Source: the human T2T-CHM13v2.0 reference genome, Homo sapiens
Length of the DNA: 64,000 nt
Direction: 5' to 3'
Assembly (NCBI GenBank): GCA_009914755.4
Contig: CP068257.2
Span: 35,200,001 to 35,264,000 of the forward strand
A program made the position numbers and the translations under genes. The first letter of the stretch is position 1. Every line of letters starts with the position of its first letter. Below are positions 46,619-60,600 of the stretch, piece by piece. The notes under the pieces are model-generated. The model did not search any database, was not told the DNA's origin, and worked only from the letters and a program-made list of their open reading frames with translations.

Positions 46619-49600
46619 TACATGAACAAACATTTCCTTTAGTCAAAAATTTGCATTCCCTTTCCTCCTTCAAGAAAATTCTACTTCACCCCAATTCCAT
46701 CCTAATCCTGCTTAAAAGTCTTACTTCTCTGTTTTATCTACAATAAAAATACACATCAAAAAATTGTAGTTTTTATTTCCTGTAACCATTAAGCTCTAAG
46801 TGTTAAGTTTTCATATTATGAATTGATTCAGTTACAATTACCAATAGTACAGAATGGATCAAAATATAAATGTTTTAAATTTTAATAAAAGTATTATGTA
46901 TAACTTGAAATCCATTGGAAATCCATCTTTTAAAAAGATGAATGGGCCTTTTTATCCTTTCTATAGATGAATATTACTTATGGCTAGAATAAGACAAGGT
47001 TAACATCAATTCTATTTCTACTTTCCATTTTTTATAGATGTTAACACTGAGAAACCTTGTCCATATACCTAAGTACAGGGAAATAAAGGAGTTTTATTAT
47101 AGCAATGCTGCTCAATTCTTTAAACTGCTTCCAACATATTTGTCAAAAATCATGCCTTATCTATCATTAAAAAGTGTTTTTTAAAATCTTGTCTTTTGCT
47201 TTCTGACACCAATATTTCATGTTGCCCTGTCTGCCACCCTAGAGGCTGCTCCGTCTCAGACAGGCTCCATCCATAGCAAGATTATGGATGGGTGAGAAAA
47301 GTCAGTTGTGGGGCGGGGCAGGGTGGGGTGCGTGGCAGTGGGTGGGAGAAGAAAACAGGCTGATACCCCCACCACTGACATCTGCTCGGGCGGATCAATC
47401 TCAGGCAGGAGTCCACGTGGAGGCTAAGGGTCTGAAAACTCCACCACTCCCCACTTATGTGCCCCAGAATGCGCGCCAGTTTAAAGGAATGGCTCTGAGG
47501 CAGGTTTGTAGACTCCTGGGTCTCCTACTCCGGTTAAACCTTGAAACAGAAGCTCTGTTCCTGGGGACCCCGAGAAAGGAGATGCAAGCAGGAAAGAAGC
47601 AAAGATGGAAAAAGATGAAAAATGTTAGAAAATGGCATAAAAACAAACAATAAAGTGTTTTTCAGAAAAACAGAGAAAAGCTCTATAAATTAGAACTCTG
47701 TGGCTTGCCCCACACAAAGCCATCAGATTAGGGAGCAGACCCTCTTCGGCTTTCTCCTCCCCAGCTCCTGCCTCTCCTAAACATACCCAGAGAACCTCTT
47801 CAGTCTTTGTACCGTTTTGTTATTGTTATTTTTAAGCAGAGGGTCATCATTTCAACCCTGGTTGTTCCAAACGAATAGTAAACTGTGATAGAAAATTCTG
47901 AACATTCCACCACCAGTGACCCTTACTATTCTGATATGGTCTAATAACTCAGAATTATTCCCTATCATACATACTTTATATAACATCAGCTACCACACAA
48001 GTTTTTAATACACAGTAAGCAGGTGGCCCCAGCAATTTCTCTTATATCTCACATCTGGTATTGTACTCCATATAAGGTGCTGAGTCCGATTTTTTAATAA
48101 AAACATGGCCTGAGCTTGTAAAAGTTCAAGTAAAATATGCCTTTAAAACTGCTGTATTTAATTTCCAGTCATGAAAGTCTAAAATTATTGTAAAATAATA
48201 CTCAACTTTTTTCACAGATCCATTCAATGAAGCTTAAAAGTACTTTCCTTTCAGAAAGGTAAAGAGCTTCATAACTAACAGTTTCTTGAATTCACATGTG
48301 CTGTCTTACTTTTGTGAGCGTGAATTGTATACATTTTATAACCTTTCAATCTGGACAAAATTAGTTTGGTTAGTAGCACAAAGTAATAATACATGTATGT
48401 TTCGGGGCAGAGGTGGGGGAAGGGAATGGTAAGGGGAAGGGCAGAAATGCTGAAAATTAAACCAATAACTTGAGACTTGGAGGAATTCATTATTTTTTCA
48501 AAAAGGAAATTGAAGACATAAACTGAAGATACACACTAGGTAGGAAACATCAACAAATGTGACATGATTATGAATATTATCTTATAATTGGGGAAATAGC
48601 CATTTTGACGGTCATTACACTTTATGTGAGGTTAGTGTACAATGTGGCGTAAAAGACTGGTGTAAAAATGAGATGGATTTCTGCAAGTTCAAACTTAAAA
48701 TCGTGCATCTGACTAGATATAAGCTGTTGCGAGTGCATTACATCTCCCACTCCAGTCTAGGAAAGGTGGAGTCCCTTTCATTTACACGACTATTTTCATG
48801 ACTGGGCAAATTCACAGAGGAAACACAGGGATCACATTCCTTCGATCATAAAGTCCTCAAAAGCAATCTTGCTCCATGTCAGCTGGTGCTAAATCAAAAG
48901 GTAACTTTCATTTCCTTTAAATAATTCAGTTTCATCTCTAACTATCATCTTCAACCACAGATTTTAAATTGATGCTAAATTGGGTAACTAAGTAGAAATA
49001 AATTAGTAGTAGATGATGCTGGCTATAAAACCAAGCCAAGAATTTGAGTAGTTTTTTTTTTTTTTTTAAAAGGTTCTGCTCTACTGAATCTATCCGATAA
49101 TATTTCTCCAAAGAACTTTTATGCTAGTGCTCATTTTTTCCCTTTTGGGGGATGATGGAAAGGGGGCAGTTACCCTCCCTTGTTATCACAAGTAAAATGC
49201 AAAAATCAGCCCACAGATGGTTGCAGAGAAAAAGGTCCTCTCAAACCCCAAAGGCCCAAGTGTAAACTGATATTAATAGATCTGCTCAGTTTGTAGGCAG
49301 TTTAACAATAGCTATCCAGACTAAAGACACATGCTTGATGACCCAGTTCCCATAAAAGAGAAACATCACACATGTACATATATCTGGGGGGCAGAGTTCC
49401 TCGATGGGCGTTGCAACATTGGTTCTCAGAGAAAAACAACAGAAATCAGCTAACTATCCATTAGGAAGGAAACAGCTAGCAGCTAAACAAAGCGTAGCAT
49501 GCTCTTATTGTGGTATAATGTACAGTAGTAAAAAGGAATGAGATAGATCAATTGGCTACAACATAGCTAAACCTCCAGAGTACATGGCTGAATTATAGAG

Positions 49601-50053
49601 TAACACAGCAGCAAACACAGATCAAAATCCAACCAAATCTACTTTCCCCTTCTTGGCAACAGAATTTTGGCTGCAAAGTGCATCTCCCTGACTCCCCTCC
49701 TTTCAGCTAGGCAGGCTAGGACCAGGTTCTTGCCAATGAAGCATACCACTCCAGCCTCACACGTTTAAGAGAAAATCTCTACCCCTCTATTTCCACTCCT
49801 TTGTCTTATCTGCTGTGTGGAAAAGCAATGACCAGATGACTGACCTAGAAAGTCACATGTTAAAGACGGCAGAGCCCCTGTCAGCCTGGGTCTCTGAATG
49901 ACTGCATGGAACACTGCAGCCCAATGACCTACATACACTACTTATTATGTTCTGTCACATGAGGGAGAACTACATGCCCTTCTTTTAAAGCCAAATTACT
50001 GTCAAGTCTCTTACTATAGCAACTTAATCTTTTATCCCAACATAGAAACATAC

Positions 50054-50365
50054 AGTAAGATGACCAGGTGCGGTGGCTCACGCCTGTAATCCCAATACTT
50101 TTGGAGGCCAAGGTGGGAGGATCTCTTACGGTTGGGAGGATCTCTTGAGGTCAGGAGTTCGAGATCAGCCTGGCCAACATGGTGAAACCCCATCTCTACT
50201 AAAAATACAAAAATTAGCCAGGTGTGGTGGCACACGCCTGTAATCCCAGCTACTTGGAGGCTGAGGCAGGAGAATCGTTTGAATGGGGAGGCAGAGGTTG
50301 TAATGAGCCAAGATCACACCACTGCATTCCAGCCTGGGCCACAGAGCAAGACCCCATCACGAAAG
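50054..50365 (+). mobile_element. Alu SINE (AluS-like) with an internal ~20-bp tandem duplication
   Basis: 'ccaggtgcggtggctcacgcctgtaatcccaatacttttggaggccaaggtgggaggatctcttacggttgggaggatctcttgaggtcaggagttcgagatcagcctggcc..caccactgcattccagcctgggccacagagcaagaccccatcacgaaagaaagg'. The segment 'gggaggatctcttacggttgggaggatctcttgagg' is duplicated. Confidence 0.95.
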
Positions 50366-50515
50366 AAAGGAAAAAAGGGAAGGGAAAAGGGAGGGGAAAA
50401 AGGAAGGGAAAAGGGAAGGGAAGGGAAAAAAGAGAGAGAAAGAGAAAGAGAAAGAAAGAAAGAAAGAGAGAAGGAAGGAAGGAAGGAAAGAAAGAAAGAA
50501 AGAAAAAGAAAAACA
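50366..50515. repeat. Long polypurine/polypyrimidine tract: (GGAA)n/(GAAA)n/(GAGA)n compound repeat, ~150 bp
   Basis: 'aaaaaagggaagggaaaagggaggggaaaaaggaagggaaaagggaagggaagggaaaaaagagagagaaagagaaagagaaagaaagaaagaaagagagaaggaaggaaggaaggaaagaaagaaagaaagaaaaagaaaaac' is 100% purine on the + strand and extends the Alu tail. Confidence 0.95.
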
Positions 50516-51281
50516 GTAAGACCCCTTCTATATTAACACCATATCAAAAAGACTTGAAAAAGCAGATCAATCTCCTGACAGTGATTATAGAGGTGGGAAT
50601 GAGAGAAAGGAAGGGCACAGGCAAAACAAGACAGATGGGATTAGGGAAAACTTTAGATTTCACTTTTAAATATATGAACAGAAAATATATCCATGTATTA
50701 CTCATACAATTGAAAGCTGATAATCTATAGAACGTAACAATTTTAATGACCAATTCTATTTTTTCCTCTAAGTTTTTCATTGAGGTGGCATTTGGATTCT
50801 AAGTGATTCCAGTCAATATATCTTTCCATAAAATATAAAGAAAATGATGACCAAAATAAAAATAGTCATAAAAAAAAAAGGCGTCATGAGAACATTGTCT
50901 GGCACTCACACTCTGGAAAGGGGAAAAAACAATTGGCTGGCACGACGACTTTGTCCCCACGGAGCGTTGTACCGTACAAGCATTCTTCCACCAGGCTACC
51001 ATGTGAGTGTGGGCAGTTGTCCCCATCTCAGGGTCTCCGGAACCTGGGAGAAGTCCATCCACCCTAGTCTGGGAGACAGCACAGGCTCCAGGAGACGAAG
51101 TGAAGGCTCTGTCCCCTGCCAGCCATCAGGTATAGTACAACCTCCCTCTCTCCAAGGGACAGTTTCTTCCAATGAAAAACTGAGGCACCGCACAGGTTGT
51201 GTCTGAGATACGACTCCTCGCATTCAAGTCTCAGCTGGAAGGCCCTAAGGAAACAACTGCAACTTTTTTTCAATGACCTGA

Positions 51282-51645
<364 letters not shown>

Positions 51646-53849
51646 ACGATGTTTAATTTTAGATGAGTTTCTTTCCCCATCTCAGCATCTACCAGAAAAG
51701 AGATTTTCATTTTCAAACCTCATTTCTTTCCTAAGGATTACCCATGCAAACTGCATTTCATACTTTCAAAATGCCCTTTGCTTATTAAAAAGCACTGTGA
51801 GAACACAGACATGCTTAAGAAATTTCATGATACACGGAGAACAAAAAAATTCTACTTTTGATCATTCTCATCTTTACCAGACTTGCTTAGTACAATTAAA
51901 TTATCCACCCTAAAATAAATTTTCTTCTAGATACCATATCCTTATTTTGTTAATCCTCCATCTTAAGTGTATTGATGTCCTTAATCTTGTGTTTATAACA
52001 TCTGGGTTAAAATCACAGACTCACAGAACAAATCCAACCCCCCTACTTAAAGAGAAAGAACAGAGGTCTTCCACCTAGAATCATTTTATGAACAATAGGG
52101 GAACTTTAACTTCTGGGAAAACCCTAGATTCCTGCTTTGGAATCCTTTAGGAGTGGGAACAGGAATATGAACAGGAGAAAACCACCTTTAAAATAAAACC
52201 CGTGAACCCTAGTTATAGCACCTTTGAATTGCAAAGAATCTGAGAAGTTGTTTGCCACGATTTTAAAATTAATTCCACACCAAAGCATGCATGTTTTTCA
52301 TTTAAGAGACTTCAGAAATTGACTCTGAAGGACTGTCAGCAGCGAAACCTGGTTGCTTTTGTGTCTCGCCCCAGTACTGCTATTAGGAGTGCAGCCTCTG
52401 GCCACCAGTGACCTGGACACACACCCAGCTACCCCTCTGAGAAGCTGCGTCTGGACCACTGCATCTCCCCGGGAACCTCATTGACACCACAGGCTTATTA
52501 CCATGAAGGGGTGGGGGGAGGAAGAAAAGAGAATACACCTAAGTTCTCCTTAGCAGGCCTGATACGGTCTTAACAGTCACTCTCATGATTATTAGCTATT
52601 AATTCCTTATTTTTCTTAGTTATTACTTGCATGATTTTCACTTATATGAGCATATTTCCCCCACCATTTCTTAAAGTATCTTCCCATATAATTATTAATT
52701 TTAAAACTAGGTTATCAATAAATAGACCTATATTTCTACCTATGTCATCCTCCAACGGTTATTGATAAATTTGCTACCTTTGCAGATATGAGGATTTTCA
52801 TCTCAGCTTTCCAGTGAGAAGTGATTGTTTCGGAATCATAGTTACAAGTTTCCCTTAAAGTAACTGGAAGTCTTAAAAGGGGGCTTCATGACAAAACATC
52901 ACATGAGGAAAAATATCTTAAGGACTAGTTAGCAGTGAGAATTTTCAATAAAATCATGAGCTAGAGATATCAAGGCTAAAATTCAAATACTAAGAGAAGA
53001 AAATGTTCCTAACTCCCACAGGTCTGGTCCAACTGTTTTAAAAGACCTGGGCAGAAGGGTTTGGAAAATGGCATCTAAGAAGGAGGAAAATTTAGCACCT
53101 ACACCCCAGCCCTGGCCCCCCACTCCACCTTCAACTGGAGCCTTAGAGAGGCTCTTTTGAGCAATTATAGAGTAAAATTACATCAGAATATACATTAATG
53201 AGAGTATTTTCAATAATGCAAACGCTGCTAATTATATCTTTTCTTTTTAACACGAGGTAGAACATTTTACAGCAACCCTGAGACCGGCCGTGTGCCCAGC
53301 AGGGAGCCTCGTATTCCGCACACACTTGGAAAGGCCATGACAGCAGGCTGCATGATATGAGGTGTGAGAAATGAAAACTTTATGTGCATACAAATTTAGA
53401 TTTTTAAAATATTTTCACTAGGGGCATAAATAAAGAGAAATTAGACCACTGGGATTTCAGAAAACGAGAATACAGACTGTGATTTTTGTTTTAAATTTTG
53501 GTACTTAGAGTACCCCAATACCTAAAGAAGTAAATAATTCAGCAAGTTACCAAAAGTAACACTTCACTTTTAACTTTATACTTTTTATATAATTTGAGCT
53601 ATTTTGTTCAAGGAAGGAGAGAAAATTGCACACATTTAAATAAAAGAAAGGAGACAAGGAAGGAAAACAAAGGGACACAGGCACCACCACAGACGGCCCT
53701 TTATCAGGCTACCATGACACATCCATGCAACAAGGGCTACCAAAAACGCTACGAAAATACAATTTCCATCAATTTACACTGATTTTTATTATACCATAGC
53801 ACTTGAAAAAACTGTCCACAGTTATTTGCCCCCATTATAAAAATATTGA

Positions 53850-54335
53850 CACTTTACCACAAGGTTGGAATTTAGCATGAACATCCACATACCCACCACC
53901 TAGACAAGTCACATACTGGGAGTTAATATTCGCAAAACATATATCTGAAAAAGGACTGGTATCTGAGATATACAAAGAACTTCTACAACTCAATAATAAA
54001 ATGACAAGTACCCCAACTTCAAAATGGGCAAAAGATTTGAACAACATTTCACAAATTAAGAATGCCAGCAGTGTAATAGGTACAATAAGTATAATCATCC
54101 TCAACAATATCTGTTTTCAGGAAAATGCAGATTGAAAGCACAGTGAGATACAACTGCACACCCACCAGACCAGTTGAAAGTAAAAGACTGACCACACCAA
54201 ATATTGGTGAAGATGTAGAGGACCACCTACCATTAACATTTTCTTATACTTGCTTTAGTACATATCAACCTATGCATCCAGCCATTAATTCATCTTCTTG
54301 CTTTATGCCTTTCAATGTAAATTGCAGATATACCC
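53850..54335 (+). mobile_element. Older L1 ORF2 C-terminal fragment, sense
   Basis: 'atatctgaaaaaggactggtatctgagatatacaaagaacttctacaactcaataataaaatgacaagtaccccaacttcaaaatgggcaaaagatttgaacaacatttcacaaattaagaatgccagcagtg..gaaaatgcagattgaaagcacagtgagatacaactgcacacccaccagaccagttgaaag' follows the L1 ORF2p C-terminal pattern ('..kgl(i)sriykel.qlnnkk.[20 protein letters not shown]..emqiktt(m)ryh.tp..'). Confidence 0.6.
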
Positions 54336-54348
54336 TTTAATACTTCAG

Positions 54349-54617
54349 CTGGGCTGGGCGCGGTGGCTCACACCTGTAATCCTAGCACTTTGGGAGGCTG
54401 AGGCGGGCGGATCACAAGGTCAGGAGATAGAGACCATCCTGGCTAACATGGTGAAACCCCGTCTCTACTAAAAATACAAAAAAATTAGCCAGGCGTGGTG
54501 GCGGGCGCCTGTAGTCCCAGCTACTCGGGAGGCGGAGTTTGCAGTGAGCCGAGATCGCACCAGTGCACTCCAGCCTGGGTGACAGAGCGAGCCTCTGTCT
54601 CAAAAAAAAAAAAAAAA
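54349..54617 (+). mobile_element. Alu SINE (AluY-like, very CpG-rich), ~30-bp internal deletion, with target-site duplication
   Basis: 'ggctgggcgcggtggctcacacctgtaatcctagcactttgggaggctgaggcgggcggatcacaaggtcaggagatagagaccatcctggctaacatggtgaaaccccgtctctactaaaaatacaaaaaaattagccaggcgtggtggcgggcgcctgtagtcccagctactcgggaggcggagtttgcagtgagccgagatcgcaccagtgcactccagcctgggtgacagagcgagcctctgtctcaaaaaaaaaaaaaaaa'. Part of the 'ctgaggcaggagaatggcgtgaacccgggaggcggag' segment is missing. Target-site duplication 'acttcagctg' at 54340-54349 and 54620-54629. Confidence 0.95.
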
Positions 54618-54629
54618 CTTCAGCTGCAT

Positions 54630-55840
<1,211 letters not shown>

Positions 55841-55844
55841 TTTT

Positions 55845-56112
55845 AGAGACAGGGTGTCACTCTGTCATCCAGCCTGAAGTGCAGTGGTGCAATCATATCT
55901 CACTGCAGCCCTGACCTTTTAGGTTCAGGCCTCCTGGGCAACTGGGACCACAGGCATGTGCCACCACATCCAGCTAATTTTAAAAATATTTTGTAGAGAT
56001 GGAGTTTCACTATGTTGCCCAGGCTGGTCTCAAACTCCTAGGATCAAGCTATCCTCCTGCCTTGACCTCTCAAAATGCTGAGATTACAGGAATGAACCAC
56101 TGCACCTGGCTA
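55845..56112 (-). mobile_element. Alu SINE (AluJ-like, diverged), antisense
   Basis: 'ttttctttttagagacagggtgtcactctgtcatccagcctgaagtgcagtggtgcaatcatatctcactgcagccctgaccttttaggttcaggcctcctgggcaactgggaccacaggcatgtgccaccacatccagctaattttaaaaatattttgtagagatggagtttcactatgttgcccaggctggtctcaaactcctagg..ggaatgaaccactgcacctggc'. Confidence 0.85.
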
Positions 56113-56425
56113 GAATTTTTAAATGAAGTCTAACATCATTTTTCTTTTATAGTTATTGCTTTCTGTAATCAGTTTAAGAAATTTCTTCTTAGTCGCAAGT
56201 CATGAAGATATTGTTTTCCTTTAAAACTTTACGATTTTTCACTTCTGTATTAAGGTCTATGATTCATCTCAAATCAATTTTCCTGTATGAGGTGAAGTAC
56301 AGCACAAGATTCCCTTCTTTTCCTATATGGAGCACATATCTACTTACTGTATCACCACTTCTTGAAAACACATTTCTTTCCCCATCGGATTGCTTTAACA
56401 CCTGTCTCAAAAATCAAAGGCCCTA

Positions 56426-56845
<420 letters not shown>

Positions 56846-58555
56846 ACATGTTAGAATTAGTGAGGACGTGGTGGCCCATCTGGAGCAGCCACTGTGGGGA
56901 CACCAGCTGCAATGGGGGAGGTGTGGCCAGGGCTGCTGCACTCCATGGAGCTAACACAGGCCAGGAATGGGCGGGAGCCCTGCCCCCTACCAAGTCGGCT
57001 GGGCAGGAGCCCCATGCTCCCAGGTGCAGCTGCGGCCACCCAGCCACGGCTCTGGACCCAGGCATCCCTGCACTCTCGGGGGTCCAGGAAGCACCCCCGG
57101 TCCCTGCAGGCTTGGAAGTGCCTACTCGCACTCCCTGGCCTCTCCCCGCTCCCGGCACCCACTTCAGTGCAAAGTTGTAGCCAAGCGCGGGTGCTGTCAT
57201 GACCCAGCCAGGTGTGCACATATGCAGAGTAGCCAGCACTCCCCTCCCCGACTGGTGCTTCAGCCCCCTCTAGACTTTGGTCACCAATGAACGCAGGAGG
57301 GAGACCAGAGGACTAAGCGTGACTTTGTACAGGCCTGTGGGTGCCCCTCAGCATAGACAGCTGGGCACCACGGACAGCATGTTGATGGCAGCGGGAGGCA
57401 GACAGGCTCCTAAGCAGGAAGAAGCCAGTTCCTGGTGAAACCACACCTTCAAGCCTGAAGCCTGGGCTCCAGGCTGCCAGTTCCAGGTGAGGTCCACGGC
57501 CTGGAGTGAGAATTTCATTGACAACTGTTTGGCCATTCGGATGGTGCTTTTTCCAGGACCAGCCAGGGACACCCAAGGACCAGTCAGCACACACTTCCTC
57601 CATTGTGACAACATAAAAACCCCAGATTCAGCCACTCACACTCTCCTCTGGAAGACCCCGCTGAGAGCTGGACACATGTCGGGACAACCTGTCTGCAGAA
57701 AGGAGCTACCCACCATGGGTCTCCTCTTCGCTGAGAGCCAGACAGATGTTGGGATAACATGTCTGCGGAAAGGAGCTACACACTACAGGTCTCCTGTCCA
57801 CTAAGAGCTGGACACTCATCGGGACGATCTGCCTGCAGGAAGGAGCTACCCACTTCAAGTCTCCTGAGAGCTGTTCTGCCACTCAATGAAGCTTCTCTCT
57901 GCCTTGCTCGCCCTCCAATTGTCCACATACCTCCTTCTTCCTGGATGCAGGACAAGAACTTGGGACCTGCCCAATGGTGGAACTAAGAGAGCTGTAACAC
58001 AAACAGGGGCAACGTCCCCCTGCTCGCCATGTTGCAGGTGATGAGGAGAGAAGAGAGGCAGCTCTTCGGGGAGCCAGACCTAGGGGCTCCCCAAGCCAGG
58101 GCTGTGACACCCTCTTTGGGGCTCTGCAGTTCCTGGTGTCTCCAAGTTTCTGGATGCCACCACATTCCCCTTGTCTAGGTGCTGGTGCCTGCAGCAGAAG
58201 CCACTTGTGGTACATCTGATCTAGCCTCAGCCTTGCACGGAGGCAGCACCCGTGCCAGGGCATGGAGCTGCCTGCCCCACCGCAGCAGCCACTGTGCACT
58301 GGCCTGCCTGTGCACAGTGGCCAGACCCCAAGCTTGCTCGTTCACAACCCCTCGCCAGTGTGCGCCTGGCTCACCCGTGGCAGGCATGGGATCCAGGCTG
58401 AGAGTGCGAGCCAAGTGCAGCCTGCCAGGGCTGAATGAGCCCAGCAGGCCCGAACAAAACTCAGGCAAAGGTACCACCAGCCACAGAGGTTTCTGGCTGG
58501 AAAAGCAATACTCTAAGGATCCTGTGACATTTTCGTATACATTTCCACAAAAATA
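56846..58555 (+). mobile_element. ERV-class solo LTR, ~1.7 kb (LTR12/HERV9-like; family tentative), with internal ~70-bp tandem repeats
   Basis: GC-rich block that begins abruptly inside L1 sequence. '..tggcccatctggagcagccactgtggggacaccagctgcaatgggggaggtgtggccagggctgctgcactccatggagctaacacaggccaggaatgggcgggagccctgcccc..' is colinear with 2395-3040. Tandem units 'gctgagagctggacacatgtcgggacaacctgtctgcagaaaggagctacccaccatgggtctcctcttc', 'gctgagagccagacagatgttgggataacatgtctgcggaaaggagctacacactacaggtctcctgtccact' and 'aagagctggacactcatcgggacgatctgcctgcaggaaggagctacccacttcaagtctcctgagagctgttctgccactcaatgaagcttctct' lie at ~57640-57900, followed by 'agagagctgtaacac'. Variable U3 tandem repeats are a known LTR12 trait. 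Confidence 0.55.
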
Positions 58556-58559
58556 CCTG

Positions 58560-60600
58560 CCGTGATTTTGATTGAGCTTGTACCAAATTCGTGCATCAAC
58601 TTACAGCAAACTGGCATTTTACCAGTACTAACTCTTCCAAACCATGATCATGGTTTCTCTACGTAGGTCTTATGCAGTTTCAAAACAGTTCGTACTTTCC
58701 CTTGTGATTTCTTGCTTGACCAATGGACTATTTAGATGTGTGCTGTTTACTTTCTAAATACTTGTGGGTTTCCTAGATCCATTTTTGTTATTGATTTCTA
58801 ATTTAATTCCATGGTGGACAGGGAATATACTCTGTGATTTCAATCACTTTAGGCTTTTGGAGACTTGTTTTATGACCCAGCACATAGTCTACCTTGGTGA
58901 ACATACCAAGCACACTTGAAACAAGGTGAGTTTGGCAAGGTATAGTGTTCTGGAAGTATTAGGTATCAGGAAGGTGAAAGTGGTTGAGAGTGTTATCCAG
59001 ATTATCTATGTTTTTCATGATTTTTGGTTAGCTGTTCCATCATGGGCTAAGAGAGCATTGCTGAAATCTCCAACTATGACGGTGGACTTCTCTATTTCTT
59101 TTATTCTGTCCATTTTTGCATCATATACTTTAAAGCTCTGTTATTAGGTAAATACACATCCATGAGTTGTTATCTGTTCTCTATGAATTACCCCTATTGT
59201 CACTGTGAAATATCCCTCCCCATCTTTTGTACTTCTTTGTCTTAAAGTGAATTTTGTCTGCTACTTAAAAAGTCACTCCAACCTCCTTAGGCTGTTAATG
59301 TGGTATATAATTTCCTATCCTTTTACTTCTAACCTGTGTCTTTATAATTGAAGTGTGTCTTGAAGAGAACATATACTCAGGTCTTGCTTTTTAAAAAATC
59401 CATTCTAACATTTTCTGCCTTTTAATAACAGGGCTTAGTCTATTATCATTTAATGTAAATATTGATAAGGTTGAATTGAGTTAAACCATTTGGTTAATTT
59501 TTATTTTTTTCTCTCTTTTTTTTGTGTGTGTTTCTAGTCCTCTTTTCCTGACTTCTTTTAGATTTTTTTTTTAGAATGGCATTTTATCTATTGGCTTTTG
59601 AACTGTATCTTTTGCCTTATGTGTTTAGTGGTTATCCTAGGGATTACAATGTACATCCTTACCTTTTATATCAACTTAGCATTAATATTGTACCATGTCA
59701 GATCAAATGCAGAAATGTTACAATCTTATAGGTCCATTTACCACCCCTTTGTTGTTCCTTTTTGCTAGAGTTGTCATATGTATTCTACCAATGAATGTAA
59801 GACTATGTAAGATGATGCTACAATTTTGCTTTAGGTAGATATATGTGTGTTGGGGGAGTATTTTAAATTTACCCAGATATTTGTCCAGAGAGCATTCCTT
59901 CCTAAAGACTCAAGTTTCCCTCTAGTGTTTTTCCTTTCACCTTTTGAAACTTCCTTTGGCATTTCCTTCCAGCAGACCTGCACTATGACACATTATCTTA
60001 GTGTTCTTTTACCTGGACATGTATTTTGCCATCATTATTGAAACATTTTGTTGGATATGGAATTCTGGGTTGACAAGTTTATCTTCCTTGAGCCCTCTAA
60101 AAATATTGTTCCACTCTCTTCTGGCTTTAATAATTTCTGAGAAAAAGTCCACAGACATTCAAATCATTGTTCCTCACTGCATGAAATGCTGTTTTCCTCA
60201 GATTACTTTCAGTACTTGTTTTTTTTTTTAATCTTTGGTCTGCAGCAGTTGGACTATAATATGCCTAGATGTATTTTCATCATATTCATCTGGCTTGGAG
60301 TTTGCTGAACTTCTTGAGCCTGGAAATTTATGTCTTCTGCCAAACTGAGGGAACATCTGGCCATCATTTTTTCAAATTTTTTTTCCATCTCTCCTACACA
60401 TATATTAAACATTCTGATATTATCCATAGGTCCCTGAGGCTCTGTTTATTTTTTAAATCTTTTTCTCTCTTCTTCAGATTAGATAATTATTACTGTCTTA
60501 TTTTCAAGTTCATAGAACCTGAGAACATGAGGATGATAAAATTACATTCACTGTGGCTAATCATTGAAGGGTCATTGTGAACTAGACAGAAGCTAGAAGA
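58560..60600 (-). mobile_element. Older L1 body (ORF2 N-terminal/ORF1-ward region), antisense; right flank of the LTR insertion
   Basis: ~2 kb AT-rich block with antisense L1-like content and no sense-strand ORFs. Examples: 'gtgttatccagattatctatgtttttcatgatttttggttagctgttccatcatgggctaagagagcattgctgaaatctccaactatgacggtggacttctctatttc' and 'ccctattgtcactgtgaaatatccctccccatcttttgtacttctttgtcttaaagtgaattttgtctgctac'. Boundaries uncertain. Confidence 0.5.

Noticed and set aside
50224-50730. 168-aa ORF (+), rich in Lys, Arg and Glu ('..[51 protein letters not shown]..')
   Set aside because: It is the translation of the Alu right arm followed by the (GGAA/GAAA/GAGA)n polypurine repeat. The Lys/Arg/Glu-rich peptide is an artefact of the repeat.
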